Assembly (NCBI RefSeq): GCF_009914755.1
Contig: NC_060944.1
Source: the human T2T-CHM13v2.0 reference genome, Homo sapiens
DNA: 64,000 bases
Reading direction: 5' to 3' (one strand)
Part shown: piece by piece, positions 31,030 to 46,619 of the stretch
How positions within the stretch are numbered: the stretch's first letter is position 1
How the letters are laid out: every line of letters begins with the position of its first letter
Notes under the pieces: generated by a model
Told to the model about the DNA's origin: nothing
Databases searched by the model: none
Seen by the model: only the letters and a program-made list of their open reading frames with translations
Translations under genes and position numbers: made by a program

Positions 31030-31967
31030 ATTGGGGGATCCTTTTCTCCCCACCCTTGGTCCACAAAGTTCAAATTAGGCTCCAGTTCTGGAGCTACAAT
31101 GCTAGATCGTGGGATCCTAGACCTGGGCCAATCAGAGCCTCCCCACCCCTTGCCTCAGTGACGGGCCAGAGTAATCCAGGCCCTTTGGCCTGACTGGTCA
31201 GGAAGAGGCATCCAGTCTTTACAACTGGCTAACTCACTCCATGTGGTTCCAATGTGAGGACCAGGGAAGACAGCGACGCCACTTTGTCTTGAGTGGGGTC
31301 GGGAATGAAGCCAACACACCGAACACAGCAGTGCTGTGAAATGCACCATACTTGGGACTTAACAGCACTGGACACCTGGGATCCAGCCCAGCCTGAAAGA
31401 GGAAGATTTGGGTTGGGTTCTTTGTTTCAGGCCCAATAAATTCCTCTTTAACTAGTTTCTGTTTTCTTTGTAGGTCAGTTTCCCCATACTTTTGACTCTT
31501 CAAGATCAGAAGTGAAATTCCCTTTTTTCAATTAGGTCATTCCTAGTTGCTCTCTCACTTGCAACCAAATGAACCCAAATTGGGGGGCGGGCTGGAGGCA
31601 GAGGGCTGACTCCCGTGGCTTCCTGGCCACCTCGTGCCTGTGTGAACAGAGGCCTCAGGGCACGGCCTACCAGCCCACGCTAGGCCTCCTTGGCCTGTGC
31701 CCAACTCTCCGCCTTACTGAGGGCCAACTTGCCCATCCTTCTTTGACAACTGATAAGAGAAGGTAGTGTGGAAAAGCGGAAGGAACGTGGGTGTGGGAAT
31801 CACAAATTCTGGACCTGACTCGACCACCCTGGCCATGACTTGGGCCTTCCCTGGCCCTCTGTCCCTGAAGCAGGCCCTGCTCGGTCACCCCCACCCCCAG
31901 TCCCAGCACTGCTCTCTTCAGAGCACTTATCATAACTTGTGATTCCTCTATTTACTCTCTGGCCTGA

Positions 31968-32600
<633 letters not shown>

Positions 32601-33146
32601 TGGGTTTTTATTTTGTAGAGGGGCATCCCTCCACCAGAAGCTCGCATGGGCAGGGGCTGTCTCTTGGTTGCCTGACGCCACGGCCCCAGCTCCTGGCAGA
32701 GCCGAGGTGCTAATTCTTCCAGATAGGCAGCCGAGATTTCCTGAGCACCTACTATGTTCCCGGCCCTATTCTTCAGTGCTGGGAATCAGGAAAAACAATC
32801 CTTCATGGATCAGACACCAAAATAAATTACACAACATATGAGGCAACGTGTCCCAAGGAGATCAAGTCCTAAGGAGGGAGGTTGGAGTGCTAGGGAGTGA
32901 GGGGGTGTAACTTTAAATAGGTTGGGTAGCGAAGGCCTGAGACATGACAGTTGGGTGGATCCCTGCAGGAGGGGAGGGAACATGCCTTGTGGATATTTAG
33001 GGGAAGAGCATCCTAGGCACAGGGAACAGAAAGCGCAACTGTCCTGAGGTAGGAAGATGCCTGAGGGAGGGCCGGAAAGGGGGCACGCATGGCGGCACGG
33101 AGCTGAGTGAAGGGGGCTGGGGGGTTCTAGCTTGCGGGTGATGTGA

Positions 33147-33459
<313 letters not shown>

Positions 33460-33649
33460 TGATGTAAGTTTTAACAGAATCCTTCTGACTATGTGAGGGG
33501 AACAGACTGCAGGGCATGAGGGTAGGCACAGGGAGGCCACTGAGATGACTAGGTGGGAGCAAAGAAGGGGCAAGAGGTGGACGGTTTCTGAATATTGTTC
33601 AGTGAATGAATGAATAACTGCACGGTGGGAAGACTGGAATTGGCTGAAT

Positions 33650-34150
33650 GCTCCAGTTACTAATACTGTGTAACAATTTACCGCAAAACTTAGTGGTGAA
33701 TTAAAATCTTTCTTTTATTCTCAGAGGCTCCTGATCAGGAACTTGCGCAGGACATGGCAGGAAGGGCTGGTCTCTGCTTTGTAACGTCTGAGGCCACTGC
33801 TGAGAAGGCTCAGCAGGGCCTTGGCTTGTCTGGCAGTTGTTGCTGGCAGTCGGTTGGGAGCTTGGGAGGGGCTGCGGAGTGGGCACCTCCATGTGGCCTC
33901 AGTGTGGCTTGGGCTTCCTCACAGCATGGCGGCCTTGCAGTGGGGTCTGATTTCTTACACAACAGCGAGGGTCCCAGTGATCCAGGGGGAGCTGGCTCAT
34001 CTTTTCTGCTGTCCCATGGTGTTCCTTCCACCAGGGCTACGCACGTCTGGCCAGATTCAAGGGGAGGGGACACAGACCCACATCTCAACAAAGGAGCATC
34101 AAGGTCCCACCATGGATGAGCCTGCAGGGTACCGTGTGGCCATCCCGTAA
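33650..34150 (-). mobile_element. MLT1-type LTR
   Basis: gtaacaatttaccgcaaaacttagtgg...gggcttcctcacagcatggcggc...cagattcaaggggaggg motifs. Confidence 0.65.
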
Positions 34151-35310
34151 AACAGTCAGTCCTGCTGGGTCACAGAGGCTGGCCAGGCCTGGGGCAGCCA
34201 CGTGGGCCTCCCCTGCAGTACATCCTCCCTCCTAGGAAGTGAAACCCGGTCTGATCCCTGGCTGTCGGGGCTGGGCGTTTGTGCTCACATCCATTTCAAA
34301 GAATCTGTGAGCCTCGGAAAGTCCTGGGTGGGCACTCTTCCTTCTCACATGACCCAAGGGTGTTAAAGCCACGATGTCAGGTCCAGGGGGTTCTGAGCAG
34401 GGCAGGAGGGTGAACTGAAGGGCTCGTACCAGGAGCTAGAGTCACAACAACCTCTCCTCCTTATTCTAGATAACACATCTGCTCAGTTCTATGTACGCCA
34501 GAAACATTGATTTCTTCCCATTTTTTAACCACTCCCAGCTTATTTTTAAGTAGAAAGGAAGCCACCTAACAAACCCAGAAAACCCCACAGAAGAATAAGA
34601 CCTCGTTTGGGGAAAAAGGCCCCAACCTCCCCCAGCTCTTCCCTTCTGCAGAGGCAAGAAATTTTCCAACTCAGCCTCTGCCCTTGAGCCCTGTGCTCAA
34701 AGCCGCCCAACAACATGGAGGTTGCCCTGGAGTCCAGGAGGGAAGGCTGCTGTCCCTGGGAGCCCCTCTCATCAGGCAGGTATTGGCTTGTCAGTGGCAG
34801 GATGGGGCGGGGGCGGGGGCAGTGATGATGAGGCTCTGCAGGCTTCAAATGGGGGTGCTGGGCCAGGGCTCCGGGGCCAAGCTTGGAAGGATGCTCATCA
34901 TGCCTGGCTGGGCAGGAGACCTGGAAACATCTCCCAACCTGCCGGAACTCCGCCTGGGATAACACAGCTTTTCCACCTGGGCCAGAATCAACTGCTGCTA
35001 GAGTTTTTTACAGGCAGCTCCCCAGGAAGTTTCTGGCAAGATGGCAGCTTCCAGGGCAGGGGCTCCCGATTTGAGGCAAATGGTACAGCCTGATCTGCTC
35101 CGAAAGGGACGACAGGGCTGATCGTTAACCTCTGTGCTCCATCCCATATGCCAGGGTCTCAGAACAAATAAATGAATTTTTAAAAGTCTGGTATAAGTAG
35201 AATACCCAAATCTGGGCCTAAATTCATTCATTCATTCCCTTTCTTATTTCAATAAATTTATTTAGAAAGAAAAGTCTATCTTGGAGGAACCAGCACCCAT
35301 TGCCATAAAC

Positions 35311-35514
35311 CTGGGTCTCTCAACCTTGGCATTACTGCCGCGTGGGCAGGATCATTCTTCGATGGGGGACTGTGCTGTGTATCACAGGGTGTTCACAGGC
35401 CTCTGTCCATGAGATGCAAGTAGCACCTACCCCAGTTGTGACAATCAAAAATATCTCCAGACACTGCCAAATGTCCCCCTAGGGGGCAAAACTGCCCCTA
35501 GGTGAGAACCCCTG
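35311..35514. mobile_element. MER20 (hAT-Charlie)
   Basis: ctcaaccttggc...ccagttgtgacaatcaaaaatatctccagacactgccaaatgtcccc...tgagaaccc. Confidence 0.85.
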
Positions 35515-35706
35515 CCATACTTAGATGGCAACAGTATAAAGGCAATGACATTGTGGTTACATTCTTGCTTGCCAAGGCCTCTGCGCTTCCCCTTACATTG
35601 GGAGTAGGTCTCCTTGAAGACCATAAAGGAGGAGTTCACGCGATTCCCTCCTTGATGACCCAGAGGCTTGGAGGAGAGCAGAAAAGGAAAAGGGGAAAAA
35701 GGAAAA

Positions 35707-36161
35707 GTTAAAGGTTTTTACGTTGGAAATGGCATTTCCAATGTAGTCCAGGCCCCACCCCGTCTCTTATCCTGAATCTAGGCCACTTCACTCACTCAGG
35801 TCTCCTGCCCGACCCTCCTCCTGCCATGACCTGCTTATGATGAGATCAACGCCACTTACGCCCTGTGCGTGGACGGCTAAGATGAAGACTACACCTTGAT
35901 CCAGTCAACGGGACCTGGTTGGTGGAGGCCACCGGTCTGGCACAAGACTTGGCAATGCAAGAAGTCTGGATGTTGTCTGGTGACCTTTGGAGAGAGATAT
36001 CTGTTTGCAGTGGCCTTTGTCTAAAGCAGGGACAAATATGCAAATGCATCCAAGGGTCGGGCAGGAGACCTGAGTGAGTAAAGTGGCCTAGATTTAGGAT
36101 AGAGATGGGGTGGCGCCTGGACTACACCGGAAACGCCATTTCCAAAGTAAAAACTTTCAAC
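35707..36161. repeat. Inverted repeat: arms 35707-35816 and 36053-36161, 236-bp spacer
   Basis: Manual alignment: 10 mismatches plus 1 gap in 110 columns; inner 27 bp perfect. Confidence 0.95.
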
Positions 36162-38159
36162 CTATTTTAAGCACTGAGCGGGCTCCATAAAGCCCCGCTG
36201 GAGCTTGGCCTGGGAGCTATGTGCAACTCTTCCAAGCTATCCAATCTTTCCTGAGCACCTACTATGTGCCACATGCTAAGAAACAGCAGTGGCCACAAGG
36301 CAGGCCAGGCCTCTGTCCTCATGGAGCTGTGATACCTTGGTGGAGGAGAAAATGAATGAATGAAGATTGTCTTAAGAGCTTTGGAGGAAGCTGTCAGGTG
36401 ATAGGATGGACAGTAAATTGGGAAAGGCCTCTCTGGCATGAGGAGGTGGCATAAGGAAATGGCATCTGAGCTGAGAGCAGAGGCGGGCGAGAAGCCAGTT
36501 GTGGGCAAAATGCTTTCTATGAACGGAGGAAGTAAGTGCAAAGGCCCTGGGGTGGGAATGTGCACAATGAAACCAACATGGTGCAGCCGAGCACGGCAGT
36601 GTGGCCCACAGGAGGCTGGACACCCCTTTGCCCCAGCCCATGCCTTCTGGGCAGGCCACACCCGCTGTCCTTTCTGGCTGTTTAGAGGAAGTAGAAATCA
36701 GATACAGAAATTCCCACCTCTGTTCTTTGTTCCTTTGTCTCAGCTGTGGACAAAAGCTTCCCTGGCAGGGAGTTACAAAGTTATTTCTGCAAAAGGCCTT
36801 TGGCCAAAAGCAATAAAGTCCGACTTGAACAGAGTCATTATTCACGCCTAACTGTGGGCTGGTTCTCAGTGTAGACTGCCACAGTGGGGACTGACAATTC
36901 CACCTTTTTAACCCCCTCCTCCTTTTCAGCCCCACATTTTCTTAGCCCTGCTTACCCCCACAGAACATGTATTTATGTTTCCAGAGATTGTCGTTTCCTT
37001 CCAGAAGAATATAAAAGGAATAAAAGGTATTTTGACGGCTTGGTATTAATAATCCAATTACTTCTTTCCTTTTCACCCAATCCACAGGCGAGCGTGCCGT
37101 CCTCAGCCAGCTTGCCCCTGCTATTAGCAGATGAGCTGTTCATTAGTTCACCTTGGAAACAGCCCGACACTTACAATTATTTTAGAAGCTGGGGGAAGGA
37201 GTCAGAATCAACTTTTACCAAATCACCTGCTACATTTGGAGATGCGAGTGGAGTGCCTTTGGAACGACAGGTCGGCTTCCCAACGTGGCTTGCTGTGCAA
37301 TCTGATTAGCAGCCGGAAATAGACCGGCAAGTGGGAGGAAAGCCCGGGTCAGAGGCTCTGCGAGCTGAGATTAGTCTGGATCAGTTTTTCCTACTAGCAG
37401 CCTCCCCTGCTGCGGGGACTCACTGGGTGTCACCAGGTGTTGGGGTGGAAGGCAGTGTCACTGGTGAGGCGGGGTCTGGGAGGAGGGAGTGCAGGCATTG
37501 AGCCCAGGTCCCTCATTACCGCGCATGCTCTCCTTTCAGGAGCCAGAAGCAAACTGCCCCTATCTTCTGGAGGGGGATACTGAGGCATGGCAGGGGTTCT
37601 AGGAGTTGACTTTGCCCCGTAAAGTGGAGAGAAGCTTCCAGACCCCCAGCAGCACCTGAGCTATGGGGCCCTGGAGCTGGAGAAGCTGCCACACAGGTTT
37701 GGGCATTCTACTTATACTGGACTTTCAAAGTCCATTCACTCGTTTTAAAATGTTCATTGCTCTGCCAGGGGTGGAGTCACCTATGCAGGGGCGGTGCAGA
37801 GATTTCTAACAATTTTTGTCCATCTGGTCCCCTTATTTTGACAGCACCCCAGCTTCCTTTTGAGGACTCCCTCCCCTCTGCCAAGATGCCCCCATCCTCT
37901 CTGCCAAGGGGTGATCATGTGACCAAGGTCAATCAGACTTTCTCACCATGTCCCCAACTGTCAAATAAAGTGTCAAGGGCAGAAAGAAAAAGCAGGGGTG
38001 CATTTGTCGCATTGGGATGGAAACTCTCCTTCAGGAGGCTGCTAGTAACTCCTGCGCCAAGGTCCCCAGAATTTCCTCAGTTCCTGACCTGTCCTTTCCT
38101 GAGCCCCCCAGTAAATCCTGTTCCAGCTTGAGGTAGTAAGTGTTGGGCTCTGCTACTTG

Positions 38160-38615
38160 CAGTCTGTGATGAATGGGTACTTTGGTGGACTCCAAAAAGC
38201 CACACTGCCTGGTATTCAAACCCTTGTGTGGGCCCCACCTCATGAAACCGGGCTGGCTTTGTGACCTGTTTTGACCAAGAGAAGGTGGCAGAAGTGATGC
38301 TGTGCCGGTTTTGCGGTTAAGCCTTAAGAGACCGTGGCAGCTTTCATTTTTGCACTCTTAGAAGTCAGGCTACCCTGAACCTGCCATACTGCGAGGAAGC
38401 CCAAGTAGCCATAGGGCAGAGCCCACATGGAGAATAACTGAGCTCCCATCTGGTGACCAGCAAGAGCTGCCAGCCATTTGAATGGGGTTGTTTTAGACCT
38501 GCCAGCTGATATCACATGAAGCTGAAGAACCACCTGGTCAAACCACAGAATCGTCCAAAATAAAATGTTGTTACCTTAAACCACTGAGTTTGGAGTGGTT
38601 TGTTATACAGCAGAA
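38160..38615 (+). mobile_element. MLT1-type LTR
   Basis: gcagaagtgatgctgtgcc...gaggaagcccaagtagcc...ttaaaccactgagtttggagtggtttgttatacagca. Confidence 0.7.
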
Positions 38616-39051
38616 ACACAACCCAAGAATCCTCAGTGACACTGATCAGAGCCCATTCCCCCAACAGAAATGTCACAAATGACTACGAGGTTAAGACTTT
38701 CAGCCTCTTCGGCTAATGAACACTTGGAGGAGAACATCATTCATTCATTCCTTTAGTCATTCATTCAAACAGCCAGTAAGCCTAGCACAGATGGTACAAA
38801 GATGAACAAGCTTCAGGACCTCCTGTTCTAGTGAGGGCATCACACACAGTGCCTCAGTTTCCTTACTGATAAAGTGAAGATGATATTAGTCCCTGCTTCA
38901 AAGGCTTGCTGTGATGATGAAATGCTGGGCAAAAAGTAATCAATAGATATTAGACATTATTATTACTACACACTTGCAATGCACAATGTAAGTGTCCAGG
39001 GACACTTGCAATGTCCCTGGAAGTGTAGCCATTGGGTACAAAGTGTCACAA

Positions 39052-39430
39052 CGGGAGACAAACTCAAATGCCTACGTGGGCCAGGCAGATAATGTAAACG
39101 GGTGAAGTGGACGCATAAGAAAACTCCACACCCCACTTCCTCTCCAGCTCTCATCTGGCCACTTTTGGTAGAGATGGAACAGAGAAATATTGCTCCACAA
39201 TGAGAAAAACAGAAGGGAAAGTGCAATGAAAAGCCAAATGAATTGGTTCACAATCTCAGGCTATAGGGGATGGTGGGGACCACATCTCCCCATTTTTCAG
39301 GAGAAGCTGAAAATCCAGATTTTTAAAATGTGAAATCTCGTAGTTGTTACAAATCTGACAGCTTTTTAGAAGGTTCAAACAAAACATTTCTGCGAGCTGA
39401 ACAGAGCCCCTGGTTAGGTGGCCTGTGATG
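39052..39430 (+). mobile_element. MER102-like element
   Basis: aaactcaaatgcctac...gggccaggcag...gagaagctgaaaatccagattttt...caaacaaaacatttctgcgag. Confidence 0.65.
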
Positions 39431-40966
39431 TCCTATTCTACCAGCATGGCAGAGCAAGGAGAGACTTCGTTGTGTCTCTTTCCTCCTTTGTAAAACGGGG
39501 TTGGAAGATCCCCACATCGCTGAGTTATTCCACATTCACAGGAGCGCGCACTTAAACCACCACTAGCCTGTACAAAGTGCTCGGTAAATGTGAGCTTTCA
39601 GGAGGGTAGGTTGGGGAGTGGAGGTTAAAGAGGCTGCTCTCCTGGGCTGTGACCGCTGTTCTTTCAGGAAGGGACAATTTAGGGAAGGGAGTTGTCTTTT
39701 CAAGGGCACATGCAGAAATATTTAACCCAAGAGCCCTCATTAGAATGTCACACCACTGACCTGGAAGACTAGCTTGGCCCCAGAGTCATCAGAAGTGGAG
39801 GGTTCCACCAGCCCTTCTGCAAGGCCGTGAGGTCCCTGCCGTGGCATAAAGGGGACGATCCTTCCTCTGCAAGCAATGCTAGCACAAAACCCCAGCTCTG
39901 GCACTGGGGAGCAAGTGAGTGTGTATGAAACCAATCCTCCCAGCCACCTGCTTAGCTTTTTGCAAATGACTAACAGGTTTTGACATCCTTGCCCTGAGCA
40001 GTCACCTTCGAGCAAACATGCTAGCCAGATCTGCCTGTAGCTCTCCAAGCCTCTTTCTTTTCTTGCTTCCTTCATTCAAAAAAAAATTTACTGAGTATCC
40101 AAAGAGTGCCACCCTGGTTCTCAGTGCTGGGGATACAGCGATGAACAAGACAGACAATGTCCCTACAAGCACAGAGCTTGCTTTTTAGTGAGGAGAGAGA
40201 AGACAAAGGACAAATAAGCAAACCAGGCTAATTCCAGAGAGTGATAAGTGTTATAAAACATAAAACAGGTTGTCCTTCCAGCATTCTAGGGAGGTGACAT
40301 TTCAGCTGAGATCCGAAGCATAGGAAGGAGCCAGGTCCTTTCCCAGTGTTTGATTTAGAGGTGAGTGCAAAACCCAACTCCGGACCAATGAAACAGAAAG
40401 CAAAGTCTGCTAGGGTGGGAGTGTTCTGGCAAGGATTTTACTCTCTGATTAAAAGAGAGACAGCAAGGAGTCCTGTCCTATAGTCCCACTTTGTAGGGTG
40501 ATGCGACGTCTGGAGCTGTGGCAGCCATATTGAGACTATGAGGCAACAAGGCCAAAGACATGATGAGGACAGAAGAAGAGGCTTGAAAGATCCTGGGACC
40601 TTGGATGACACTGTTGTACTGAAAAACCAGCGCCTGGACTCCCCTGCTTTGGACTTGGTGTTATGTGAGAATTAAATGTTTCTATTGCATAAGCCACTGT
40701 CAGTCAGAAATGTGATTCCTCATAATGAAACCATTTCAATTCACATTAAAATGATCAGGACTCTAAGCTACTAAGAATTATAGTAGGCTTTCCTGGTCTC
40801 TGAAATATCCAGATAAGTGGCCTGCAATCAGAAGTCTATGGATAGTATCTGTCTCGAGAGCAGACCAGAAATGTGGCTTTCAGATGGTCTGATTTTCACC
40901 AAGCAGGAACATCTCCAAGGCTTCTGTGAGCTAACAGTTTTTTCAATCTCTTTTCAAAAAGTTCCA

Positions 40967-41345
<379 letters not shown>

Positions 41346-42261
41346 CTAACACATCTGGCTTCCACATGGCCAAACACATCTTTGGTACTATTTGTGGTCC
41401 CTGGGGATGGCCCTGTCCACCAACTTACACACACAAGACCTGGCCATAACAACTCTGAGTTTGGGATAGAATTTATCTAAGATTCAAGCTGGGCCCAGGT
41501 GTGCAGAGCAGTGGGCCAGGCCTTCTGTAAGATGACGCTCCATGGCAGAGGCCAGGGCCACTGGGCAACGTGTGCTTTGGAATCACATTAAGAGAACGTG
41601 GGGAATTCAAAACATTCTGGTTACAGAGAATTCCAAGAAGCCCTGGTCTGGGCTGGAGGAGAAGCTCTGAAGGCCATGCCAACAGCTGTTCCACCCAGAA
41701 GGCATCGTGCTGCCTACAAGGCCCGAGATCCCACATGACCTTAAGCAATTTCCCAAGGGCATCTGTGGCAGAGCAATGAATATTTAGCTCTGTCTGTTAA
41801 TCACTGAGAAACTAGGCGATGAAGAAGGGGAGGCTCAGCCCGAGCCTTCAGGAACTTCTTGGAAACGTCAGAGAGGTGAGCATGTGGGATATGCTAAAAA
41901 TATTCATCAAATAGATTCATGACAGGCACTAGGGGGAGGCTGGGGGGAGAAAACCACACTAGAAAACAAAACACATTCTCTCTGGATAATTGTGTCCAGT
42001 CCCACAGCTTAAAATAACATCAATATGCCGATAACTCCCAAACTTAGGTTGCCAGCCCCGACCGGCTGCAGACATCCACGTTCACCACCCACTGAGCTTT
42101 CAGACATCCAGGTGGGGTTCATCTCAAACCCAACATTTCCACGTCGGAATTCCAGATCACTCCTCCTCCCCAAAACCTTCTCTCCTATCTTCCCTATTTA
42201 GCAATCACCACGCACCAGGCTGCCTAGTCACCTTTGACTCCTTGGCAGGATACATCATGAA

Positions 42262-42440
42262 TATTTGGGCTGAATCATTTTTCACTGTGGGGTCATCCCG
42301 TACATTGCAGGTTAAGCAGCATCCCTGGCCTCTACCCTCTAGATGCCAGTAGCAACCCTTCCCCAGTTGGGACAACCTATACTGTCTCCGGATAGTGTTA
42401 AAATGTTTTCTGGGTGTCAAAATCACCCTCGGTTGAGAAT
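42262..42440. mobile_element. MER20 fragment inside L2
   Basis: agcagcatccctggcctctaccctctagatgccagtagca...ggttgagaa. Confidence 0.8.
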
Positions 42441-42678
42441 CAAAGCCCTTTCCCTCACTCTGTAATCCAATCCACTAGGAAGTCCTGTGGGCCCTACCTC
42501 CAAAATACATCTCCAATCCCCATTTCACTCCATCTCCATTGATACCACCACGGTCCAAGCCACTCTCGGGCCCTCTCTGTTGCCTAACAGTCCCGGTGAT
42601 ACCACTTCCATCTGCACAGCACGCCTCTCACAGGAGCCAGCAGGATCTTCTTGAAACACAAATCATATCATTCTCTGA

Positions 42679-44105
<1,427 letters not shown>

Positions 44106-46599
44106 TAGAAGTTTGATTCAACAGGATCTGGTCTTTGCCTTTTTAAACAAATACAGCCAGATGATTCTCATGGTGGGAGGTTAGACAAACACTGCCCCTG
44201 GCCCCCCGAAAGCACAGGATCAAGGCCAGGCCCCATCCTTCAGACAGTAAGGCAGAAAAGTCAGGCCTTTGATGCCTCCTGGCCCTGGTGGAAGGGAGAG
44301 GCATTGCCCAGGCAGCGTGTTTCCCCAGTCTCCACCTTGGCCAAAATGAAGATGGGTCCATCTGGCCAGCACTGCTCACATTAGTGGCCCATCATCGCAG
44401 GCACTGGCCATCTGCCTCTCCAGCAACCGGGCTTCCCTTTCACTGGGGACTCCCCGTGCTGTTTTATTCCAGGCTTTGGGGTCTCAGCAGTCAGCCTCCA
44501 TCCAGCTCCAGGGAGAGGCCTGTGAGCCTGGCTTAAGCCAATTGTTGGCAACTCATTTCCTTAGCCAGTGACTGGTTTGGACAAAAAACAGTCCAATCAG
44601 AGGGAACCATGGGGCTCAGGTGTGCATTGCCAGATCAGAGGCTTGTTCTTTCCTTTTGGGCTTAAACCAGAGGGGATGAGACCCCTCTGCTCCATGACAT
44701 CTGTCCTGACACCTAAGTTATGGTAACAGTCAATGCCTACTGAAGGCTCACCTGGGTCAGACGCCCTGCTAAGCACTTGACATTGATCATCTCATTTCAT
44801 GCTTACCACAAGCAGGAGACAGGTGCTATGATCATCATCATTTGTTGGATGTGAACATCAAGGCACAGAAAGGTTAAGTAGCATGCCCCAGATCCCACTG
44901 CTGGGCAGGGAGCCAGGCAGTCTGGCTCTCCTAGCCACGGTGCCCACAGCTGCCAGGGACTGCCCGCCCCAGAGCTGGAGAGACATCAGCCTCATGGAAG
45001 GCAGAGGAGCGGTGGATAGGAATGGATTCTCATTACAAAATCTGAGCTGTGGGTCCAGCTGTGTCTGAAGCTAGAGTTAGTCACCTTAAGACTTTTGGTT
45101 ATGAAAACCAGTAAGTCCACTTCTTTTCTCCTTAAGCTGGCTTGAGTTTTTTTCTTCTCTTTTTCTGTTGCTTGCAAGAGAAAGGAACCTGATTACTTTA
45201 CAGTTCTTCTAGGCAAGTACCCCTAACTGATACTCCATTTGCAACTTGCACACAGCAGCTGCTCAGTAAACACCAGCAGATACGGATGGACTGCTCTCCC
45301 TTCCGGTCCATTCACTGCTGGCTCTGTACCCTGACACCCAACTGTGGCCAGCCCAGCGCTTCTTCCCCTTTAGGCTCCAAGTGAGGCCTCGTTCCCTAGC
45401 AACCACCCCAATTAGGCAACCATGCCATTTATCGGGATGCCAATTAATTATAACGATCTTAATGCCCTCCCAATTAGACAGTGCCTTCAATCCGGCTGGG
45501 CCAGGGCTGTCTGTAGATCTCCACCAAGGCCCATTCCAAGGAGGCCCAGAGAAAGCAGGTTTCAGGGAGGGCCCCCTCACCTGCAGATCAGCATTGAGAG
45601 AGGCCCCCATCTTCCACATCCGCCCAGGCCTGACACAGAGCACCCTGGCACCACCCCCAGGGCCAGGCCATCGAGACTCCATCACCAACCACAGGAAGGT
45701 CTCACCTCTAGGAGAGCTTTTGCTCTCTGGCCACTGTGCTCTGAGTGGGCTGAAATCTTCACCATGGTTCACCTGGCTTTTCCATCAGCTGCATTTGATG
45801 TTTCCCTTTGCATTTTGACTGGGGGAGGGGACAGTGTGTCTGCTCACAAGCAGAAGAAAAAGCACCAGGCAGACACATGTTTTCCTTGGGGCAAAAAACC
45901 TCAAATACAAACCCGGACTCTCTGTCGGAACAGTGGGGGTTTATGGAAAGTTAAGGGCCTTTTACTTTGCAAAGTTTGACTGTCTGAAGGTGTTTTCTTC
46001 CCCTGCATATGTGTTTCTTCTACATCTGGGACAAAGGCCAAGGTCATGGAGGAGAGTCCAGTGGTTCCAAGTGGACCCCGGAGCTTGAGGGCCTCTTGAA
46101 TCCCAGCTCTACCTGTGACCAGCTGTAGGCAAGTCACAATCCTCTCTGTGCCTGTTTCCTCATCTTTAATATGGCAACAATGGCAGTACTTACTTAACAG
46201 GGTATTTGTGTGGATTTAATGAGTAAGGTATAAGGGCTTAGATCAATGCCTCAGATCAGGCCCATACAAAACTACTTAAGTGTTACCAATTATCTTAAGT
46301 CTGGACTAAACCTTTTCTTTTAACTACAAGCTGGTCAGAAATGCTGATATTTTTCTGTAGGACAGGGCTTCTGGACTCCTTCTGCAGGACTAAAGTCTAA
46401 GGTCAGATAATGGCCAAAGCTTGACAGAGTTGGGTGATATTCTGCCTGGTTAACCCAGCTGCCCTCTTGAGGCAGGTCCAAGCAGATAAACTAACCAGTG
46501 CCAGAAAAAGTGAGAAGGAAATGTTATCTCCCAAATCAGGTCCAAATCAGGTGTGAAACTGCATATCAACTGGGTTCTTTGGACAGCAGCTGAACTGGG

Positions 46600-46619
46600 G
46601 GACATGCACGTGCATGCAC
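46600..46619. promoter_or_regulatory. Candidate p53 response element in intron 1
   Basis: GGACATGCAC GTGCATGCAC: two CATG cores, no spacer, 3 flank mismatches. Confidence 0.4.

Noticed and set aside
46531-46552. ccaaatcaggt tandem duplicate
   Set aside because: 11-bp slippage duplication, common background.
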